From Candidatus Poribacteria bacterium (GTDB lineage: Bacteria; Poribacteria; WGA-4E; WGA-3G), in the NCBI GenBank assembly GCA_965198235.1, contig OZ240248.1, positions 1,312,001 through 1,376,000 on the forward strand: a stretch of DNA of 64,000 nucleotides, given 5' to 3'. Both the position numbers and the translations under genes were made by a program. Each line of letters opens with the position of its first letter. Position 1 is the stretch's first letter. This document shows positions 51,494 to 59,300 of this stretch, one piece after another. Under the pieces are notes generated by a model. It made no database searches and was not told the DNA's origin. It saw nothing but the letters and a program-made list of their open reading frames with translations.

Positions 51494-51766
51494 CCTTAAT
51501 TATCCAATTTCTACGGAAAAATGTCAAGGGGCAAGTCTTGTGCCTTCAGGGCTATTTAGTTTTAGGTGCTTTATCCAATTGAGCCGAAAAGTCGCGAGCG
51601 GGAGCTCGTTTCCCCAGGTCTTGTGCCTGCGCACCCAAGAACCATTGTAGGGGGTTTTTGCTTGGGGATTTCCCCAGGTCTTGTGCCTGCCCGTTCCCTT
51701 GTGCCTGCCCTATATACAGTATATATAAGGAGCACACCATATATACCTACATATAAGGAGCATACC

Positions 51767-52183
51767 ATGTCAAACGAAATCTATCTCTCCGTCGCCCAAG
51801 CCGCCGATCTACTGGGCATCTCGCAAGAAACCCTCTACAAAGAAATTCAATCTGGGAACCTTACCGCGACAGAGAACCCGGACCAAAAACGGAAGCATAA
51901 AGTCATCGCCGTCAGCGAACTCTCGCGCCTCTACGGTAAGATATGCATCCCTGACGGGTATCTCGAATACTCCGGGGATAAGTCAGTTGATTTTGTGAGG
52001 GTTGCGCTCCGACAAGAGAATGAGAGGCTCCGTAAGGCGTTGGAAGAGACCCAGAATCGCGAGCGGAATCTCAATGAGCAGCTCAAGACCGCACTTCAAA
52101 ACCACAAAACGCTTATCGAGACCCACGCAGATCTCACCAAAACCATCGATAATTTAACCACTGTGCTGGATAAAATGACCTAA
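51767..52183 (+). CDS. Excisionase/MerR-like helix-turn-helix protein with C-terminal coiled coil
   Basis: LSVAQAADLLGISQETLYKEIQSGNL; LRQENERLR coiled coil; AAGGAG RBS. Confidence 0.8.
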   Translation: MSNEIYLSVAQAADLLGISQETLYKEIQSGNLTATENPDQKRKHKVIAVSELSRLYGKICIPDGYLEYSGDKSVDFVRVALRQENERLRKALEETQNRERNLNEQLKTALQNHKTLIETHADLTKTIDNLTTVLDKMT

Positions 52184-52345
52184 ATTCTTTCTTGTTTGTA
52201 AAACACCTGCTATTTTACAGAGAATCCCTCCGGAATTACAATTTTTTGAAATACCTCCCGGCCCTCCCTCGTCTCGGTAGGCGCGGTTTGTAACTGGAAG
52301 CCTCACACTTCCGATTCTCGCCGCTCCTGGCCGAATTTAACCTTT

Positions 52346-52600
52346 TGTGCAAAAGGTTAGGTTCAAATGAGGAATGGGTTACAATCCCTGGATCCGTTCT
52401 TATTTGTACATAGACGGAGGCAAGACATGAAAAAGATTACTTTTCCATTTTTTCCCTTCCGTGAGGTTTTAGGTTTAAGTTTAAAATTTTATTCCATAAG
52501 AACAAGGAGATTAAACGAATGTTGTCAAAGAAAATGGCATTTTCGTTAACAAGTCTAATAACAATTTTTGCGCTTGCCTTCGTGGTGCCTTCCGCAATGG
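52346..52600 (+). repeat. Long inverted repeat, right copy
   Basis: Reverse complement of 50300-50556. Confidence 0.92.
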
Positions 52601-55600
52601 CAGTGGATTTTGAGGTCACGATTGAGGGGCAGCGAGTGGTGACTTATCCAACAGGTCAAGAAGCCACAGCGCTTGATCCTATTCTACTGACAGTTACGTC
52701 CGAAGAGGCTCTTCCTGACCCTCTTATGGTAGGGGAGGATACCGATGAAAATGGTCTTACTGATCACGCAAATGATATCCTCGGAAACATAACTGTCACC
52801 ACTCGTGATGAAAGGGGTTTCGAAAAAGTTTTCATTACTGTTGAATCAGGTGATGATGCTCATAGTAGTATTGCTACAGGTGTTACAGTAGTAGACGACC
52901 CTGTAGATACTTTTGCTGATAGATCAGTGAAACTGCGTCAGTTACGTGTTACCATCACACCGGGTGCAGCTCCCACAACCCTCGAGCGGGTCACGATAAC
53001 AATACCTGCCTTTGAGACGCCTGATGTTCGTGTCGATGATCTTCACGATTGGAGCCTCGGGGCGTCACACACGATCCTCGTTAGAGATGTAGCGGATGTT
53101 GAGCTTGATGAGGATGACGCACAAGTGGTATCAATCCAGCGGTTGCGTCCGGGGAGCCAAACGGCAGTTGCGGCCTTCCAAGATCAGGAAATTAGTCCCG
53201 ATCCTTTTGATATTCGGGTCGTGCTCACCGAGTCGCGTTTTAACCGGATAGATTATATTGAGAAGACCCCGGATGAGCTTGCGGAGGAACTCATTGAGGT
53301 TGACGGCGGGGAAGTCAGTGACTTGAGAAGAGGTGTCCCTTTTGAAATTCGCAGAGTAACTGCTGCTACAGAATCTACGACTTTCAAACCGCATCCGAAT
53401 GAGGGGAGGTACGAGAATACTGGTATAGATGATGCACTCCCAGGACTGGAACCTATGGAGACTGTCCCGGAGCCCACGGGTCTTGATAATATGTATCATG
53501 AGTACCGTGTGACGGTTACGCCCCAGAGACGGCAAGGTCCTTACACCTTGACGCTCAGCGTGAAGGGATTCGGGAGTTATGCCCCGTTTCTCATAGGTGA
53601 AAAACCCAACGGTCGTGAGCAACTCAGGGTTCCCGTAAGGATGGATCCGAGAGACCGCACGGCTGGCATTCGGATAATTGTGGGGCACGATATCGTCGTT
53701 CCTAAAAATGGCTACTTGATCATCGCGACGGACTGGTGGCAGTCTCAAATCGTAATACCGCGGGGTAGGATAGACAAATCACCGAGGGCGATTGACCGGC
53801 AACCCGCTCAAATGATTTACAACCTTATCGACCACGGCGGTCTCCCGAACCTCGCAACCCAATTCTACAACGGTGTTGTGATTGATGTAGAGAGTTCAAA
53901 CGACTTGGTTATCTCTGAGGTGATGTGGGGTGAAGATGCAAGTTTGACTGAACCTGCACGCAGCCAATGGATCGAGTTGTATAACCCTGGTGATGAATTT
54001 AAGACGCCAGAGGATGATGCGGCTACGTATGACATTGATGAACGCCTCACGCTCGTTATCTATAGAGCGAACGAGTTCAGTGATATTCCGGCAAAGGTGG
54101 CAGTAGCGGCAACGGCGACTGCGCCCGCTACTATGGCATTGCCAGATAGAGTTACCGATCGGATCGGAACGCTCGATGCGACTGGGAAATACTGGTCACC
54201 CGCAACCAAAGGTCAAAGCGGTCGGAGCGGTCTTCCTATCGAGAGATTTGGAGAACTCGTAGACGTCGAAGTCATACCGACTATTGGGACAGGAGATGTT
54301 ACGCCCATCGTTTCGATGTATCGGGTGATGGAACCAGATACCTCAACAGATGCGGCAATCGGTGCGATGAAACCTGTCGACGGTCAAATGGCCGCGAGTT
54401 GGATGTCCTCTCAGCAGCCAAGGTCTGCGAACTTTCGTCCGCATGCGATTGGTCTCCGACACGGCACACCGGGTGCGACAACGGATGCTACCGATACACC
54501 GGCAGATACCGAAGCTGAAGCAAAAGCTAAAGCGGATAAGGAAAAAGCCGATGCGGATAAGATCGCCGGCACTGGGACGATTCCGAAAGCGGGTCAAATC
54601 TACATCAGCGAAGTTATGTTCGCTGGCGGTGGCACACTGCCGCAGTGGATTGAGATCGCCAACGGTTCTCGGGCAGAAGAAGTCAACCTGAGCGGTTGGA
54701 CGATTACGGTGGATAACGCCGCTGCGGATGCCGATGTGAGTATCGGTGCTTCAGCGACGTTCACGATCCCCAAAGGCACGACGATCGATATGAGTGGTCA
54801 GGACGATACACCCTCAACGATACTCGTTGTCACTGAAAAGGGACGTAACAGCTTTAGTGGTCCGAAAGCAGCGAGTCAGGTCATTGTCCTGGATGAACCG
54901 GGCTCAATGACTGAAATCGACCTGATTCTGGCAGGTGTTACGAAGGGCAAATACACATTGCTCAGCGGCATGGCGTTCCAGATAACGCTCGCACCGCCGG
55001 AACCAGAGGTGGATGAAACGGCAGCTGAGAAGACAGCGCGGTTAACCGCTGAGAAGGCTGAAACGGTAGCTGCGAAGACAACACGGCAAGCCGCTGAAGC
55101 GAGAGCCGCAGCGGAACGTAAAAGGGCAACGGATACGGTCGGTAACCTCGGTGCTGACGGTGCTGCTGCATGGGTATTGCCGATGAGCGAGGAAGGCGGT
55201 CGTAGTTCGATTATCCGCAGACACGTTCAGGTCGCTCGAGGTCCCTCAGCACCCGAAGACGGCACGATGATGGACAATTGGGTGCTTGCATCCGATACGA
55301 GTTTCGCACAAGTCACGCATATTCGTGCGCAGAGCTTCTACGGTGCGGCGAACGATGTCGGCACCCCCGGATTCCGTCCTGGTGGTGCATTGCCTGTAGA
55401 ACTTTCACACTTCCGTCCTGCGCGTGATAAGGCGACTGGCGCAGTGATGATTACATGGTCGACCCAATCAGAGTTGAACAACGCTGGATTCTTTATCAAG
55501 CGGAGTAATCAACCTGACAGCGAGTTCAAAATCATCAACGCGGCAATGATTCCTGGCGCAGGCACAATCAGTGAGAAGCAGTTCTATACATTTACGGATA

Positions 55601-55761
55601 CAACTGCGCAACCCAACGTCGTATACTACTACCAGATTGAAGATGTATCTCTTGACGGAAACCGTCAACAATTGACCCGTGGCATCCGCCTGAAAGGGCA
55701 TGTGAGTGTCGCTGGGAAAGCCACGCTGACGTGGGGAGAATTGAAGACGTCTCATGAGTAG
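52519..55761 (+). CDS. Lamin-tail-domain secreted surface protein, paralog C
   Basis: Same signal peptide and C-terminal third as B; divergent N-terminal and central regions. Confidence 0.85.
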   Translation: MLSKKMAFSLTSLITIFALAFVVPSAMAVDFEVTIEGQRVVTYPTGQEATALDPILLTVTSEEALPDPLMVGEDTDENGLTDHANDILGNITVTTRDERGFEKVFITVESGDDAHSSIATGVTVVDDPVDTFADRSVKLRQLRVTITPGAAPTTLERVTITIPAFETPDVRVDDLHDWSLGASHTILVRDVADVELDEDDAQVVSIQRLRPGSQTAVAAFQDQEISPDPFDIRVVLTESRFNRIDYIEKTPDELAEELIEVDGGEVSDLRRGVPFEIRRVTAATESTTFKPHPNEGRYENTGIDDALPGLEPMETVPEPTGLDNMYHEYRVTVTPQRRQGPYTLTLSVKGFGSYAPFLIGEKPNGREQLRVPVRMDPRDRTAGIRIIVGHDIVVPKNGYLIIATDWWQSQIVIPRGRIDKSPRAIDRQPAQMIYNLIDHGGLPNLATQFYNGVVIDVESSNDLVISEVMWGEDASLTEPARSQWIELYNPGDEFKTPEDDAATYDIDERLTLVIYRANEFSDIPAKVAVAATATAPATMALPDRVTDRIGTLDATGKYWSPATKGQSGRSGLPIERFGELVDVEVIPTIGTGDVTPIVSMYRVMEPDTSTDAAIGAMKPVDGQMAASWMSSQQPRSANFRPHAIGLRHGTPGATTDATDTPADTEAEAKAKADKEKADADKIAGTGTIPKAGQIYISEVMFAGGGTLPQWIEIANGSRAEEVNLSGWTITVDNAAADADVSIGASATFTIPKGTTIDMSGQDDTPSTILVVTEKGRNSFSGPKAASQVIVLDEPGSMTEIDLILAGVTKGKYTLLSGMAFQITLAPPEPEVDETAAEKTARLTAEKAETVAAKTTRQAAEARAAAERKRATDTVGNLGADGAAAWVLPMSEEGGRSSIIRRHVQVARGPSAPEDGTMMDNWVLASDTSFAQVTHIRAQSFYGAANDVGTPGFRPGGALPVELSHFRPARDKATGAVMITWSTQSELNNAGFFIKRSNQPDSEFKIINAAMIPGAGTISEKQFYTFTDTTAQPNVVYYYQIEDVSLDGNRQQLTRGIRLKGHVSVAGKATLTWGELKTSHE

Positions 55762-55814
55762 TAGCAACAACAAGGTTATTTCAGGGATAAAATTTGTTTG
55801 AACTAACCTTAACC

Positions 55815-55858
55815 ACAAGACAGGGTAGTGTGCTACGGTGCATTGCCCTGTTTTGTTT
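55815..55858 (+). terminator. Intrinsic terminator of paralog C
   Basis: GACAGGGTAGTG-loop-CATTGCCCTGTTTTGTTT. Confidence 0.75.
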
Positions 55859-56383
55859 ACAGACAACTCTATAAAAACGTTCATTGTTCGCGAAATATCG
55901 TAGTGCAACCTTTGTGAACACTAAAAAAAATTAATTCGGTGATGTGGGGTGTAAATCGTCTGAAGTCGGATTCATTGTGATTTAGAGATATACCCAATCA
56001 CAAAAATCACTGAATCATAAGAATCATAGTTCTGACAATTGCCCACAACCGCCCCTATTTCAAAATCACCAATAGCACACTATAGATTAAATCGGCAATT
56101 TGGCGCGGTTAGGACACCTCAACATAACGGGCTACATCCGCTCCGTTCGGACAGGAAATGCTGAGCTCCCACCCCACAGCAGGGGACTGTAGAACAAGAT
56201 CAAGGTAAACGCATCTTTTTTCAATATAAAGGCTGTCGGCAGTCAGGGCGTTCGCTGACGCTCACTTTCAGCAATCGGAAACCTTCAGTTAGCGTTCTGA
56301 TGGAAACCGATGGAAACCGACATCCAAAATTCTGACGGCTGACGGCTGATAGCCGACGGCTATAAATTGAGGTATATTTTTTC

Positions 56384-59300
56384 ATGAACACTTTAACCAC
56401 ACGACAAATTGTCCTTGGACTGCTGATGACGCTCGTGCTGGCGTTCAGCGTGCCGGGTATTGTAGACGCACAGAGCGTGTCGGTCAGCGGTGATGGGTCT
56501 ACTACGAGTACAAGTAGTGGAACTACAGTTATAACGGATTACCGAACTACGCCCGCCGTGGAGCGCTCTTTCACTATTACAGTAAGTAAAGCGGAAAATG
56601 GTGAAGTTATTACTATCAGAGGTAGTTCTGATGTTACTATCAACGAGATAAAGAAAGAAGATAAGTTAACTAACGAGACGGGAAGTGTTACTGGCGAGGG
56701 ATCAGGGGTGGTTACCATTACTGTTAATGCACCTAATGTTGGTGCTGACCGAGATCTCAATGGTGATAATGATAAAAACGATATAGTCACCTCTTTCTTG
56801 GAGAGTAATTTAGATGAGGATCTCAATAATGATGGTGACAAAGTTGATACATTCGGCTCAATCTCGGAGAGTGATTTAAATGCGGATCTCAATGGTGATG
56901 GTGACCAAACTGATACACTCAGTTCGGTAAAGGAATATCTAGAAGACCCAAACTGGGAGTCGGGATCTGTCACGATCACGGTGGATTACACTGTCACTGA
57001 ATTCGGGAGATATACGGTGACGGTGACAGCTAATGAAATTGATACCGATATATCGGGTTCTCCGATCACGGCTTACGTTGTCCGAAGCGACACCCTTGCG
57101 AGGGGTACCAGCATTGCTACGGGGTCAACCACAACTCCTGTGTTAAGAACAAGTAGTGTTAGTTTCACGATAGCTCCAGCTACTCAGTGGACCCGAGTGG
57201 ATTTGAAGGTCACCGGTGGGAAACTCTATTTGGACAGTGGTCGGTATTTGAGTAGTAACAAACTCTTTGACGTTACGCAAAGGAAAGAGTTCACCAGCCT
57301 TTCCATGTTTACAGGCGCGGGTGGTTCTCTCACCGTGAACCTTATACAAGATAGCGGGAAGGTTGCTAAAATTACTGCGACAATTCCGGGTTCCAACGCA
57401 CGAGGAAAAACGTATACCGTTACCTCTTTCGCCAGTGCCATTACAGTAGAGCAGGTATCCGGCAATCATCAGTTCGGATACACGAACCAAGGGGCAAACT
57501 ACGGCTCTTGGGAAAAGCTGCAAAATGCGCTTGTTGTTCGCGTAGTAGATGGACACCAAACTAACAACAACGTTGAGGGACAATGGGTTACGTTTACTAC
57601 GACTGGCACATCACGTTTGCGAGCTACCTCCCGCGCCAACCTCTGGCCTGGTGCCGATGGTACTATAACTGCTGCAGATGATAACCAGAGCCCCTTAACA
57701 GTGAAGACGGATGGCAGCGGCAGGGCGCAGGTTTACTTGCTACCAGGGACTACCCCTGCTACTTATACAGTAACCTACGCCGTGGTGTCTCAAGAGTCTC
57801 CTACGGCGTTGGGGACGGCTCTTACCGGAGCTGCTGCAAGTAGTCAGAGTCGAGGTGCCATTAATGAACAGTTCACGGCGACTGCAATTCTGGATCCTGG
57901 TGATACTCGCGAGCATGTAATTAATAGAAGTGAGTCTACGCCAACACCTGAAATACGTCGTGCCCAAGGCGACACAGAGATGATAGTCGATGTTGAAAAC
58001 AGTGGTGGAACTGATGCGCAGAATGTTCAAGTCGATTTTTCAGTCTCCGGTGGACGGCTCACGCTGACGCCGGGCTCGAACTATCAGACCTCGCTCTCCA
58101 CGGTCACCGATAGTGGGGGCGATGCCAGGGTTTGGGTCCAAGCAACTGGTAATTCTGTTGCCATAGTTACGGCTCGGATCGCTGGGAACAATGAAGATGC
58201 TGGAAGATATGTTGTTACCTTTCTCCGCACTGGTGCTTACATCGAGTATGTGTCGGGTGATGACCAGGACGGTGCTATCGGTGGAAGACTGGAAAATCCC
58301 CTTGTCGTTAAAGTGTTAGATGGCAGAGGCGGTAGTGCTATGCCGAACCAGATCGTTAGGTTTAATGTGACTGCCGATGATACCAATGACCATAATAGTA
58401 ACCGACGACAGTTTATTCCGGTCCCTGACACATACGTGTTTGTGACAGCAGCTAATACGGATATATTCGACGAGATTGGGGCTGACATGCCAGACGCTAC
58501 GAGTGTCCCACGTTTAGCTAACGCACTCCGACCCATTCGTGGGAGTAATGGCACTGGCCAGAACATCTTTATCCAAACCGATTCCAATGGCGAGGCTAAA
58601 GTTTACCTCCGATTAGGGAGTGCGGATGATACGGGTACCTCCGACACAGTGGAAACGGTGGATGCCGCGAGATTTAATGCCTTCAAAGTCCACCGGGTCA
58701 CGGCTACAACGCCAGATGGGGCTCCCAATGTGGGGGTCCGTTTTAGAGCCGATGCCGTGGATGATGCAAGACAAGCGAAGTTAGAGATTGTCTCAGGGGA
58801 TAGGCAGAGTGCCGAAAAAGGCGATCCTCTTGCGGATCCCTTGGTTGTTCGGGTGCGAACTGTGCGGGGATTTCTGATCCAAGGCATACTCCTGGAGTTC
58901 ACTGCCCTCGATGGTACCCTTCTCACGGATCCTGACCACGATACCGTCCTTGTTTCTGAGAGCGGAGGTGGTAACCAAATACGGGTCAGAACAGGTCCTG
59001 ACGGTGAAGCCCGGGTTGACTACAATGTGGGTCAACTGAGAATTGCGAGGGATGTCACAGTAGAGGTTGTAGAGGAACAAGGTACCCTTCAATACGACTT
59101 CGCGATTGATGAGGTAAGATTTGGTGTCAACGGTGGGCAAGGCACTGGCACAGGTGGAGGCACACGTCAACCGCCACCGCCACGAACGCCAACGAATACG
59201 ATCACGATTACGCTGTCGAGTAGGACGGGCGAGCCGGGTGACGAGATAGATGTTGAGGTTGATTCATCTCCGAGGGGTGTATTGGTCACTATAGACAGTG

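Noticed and set aside
51566-51766. N-terminal extension of the HTH gene
   Set aside because: Runs through REP/mosaic repeats; the RBS supports ATG 51767
44606-55761. Diversity-generating retroelement behind paralog variation
   Set aside because: No RT gene; differences include indels and do not appear adenine-specific
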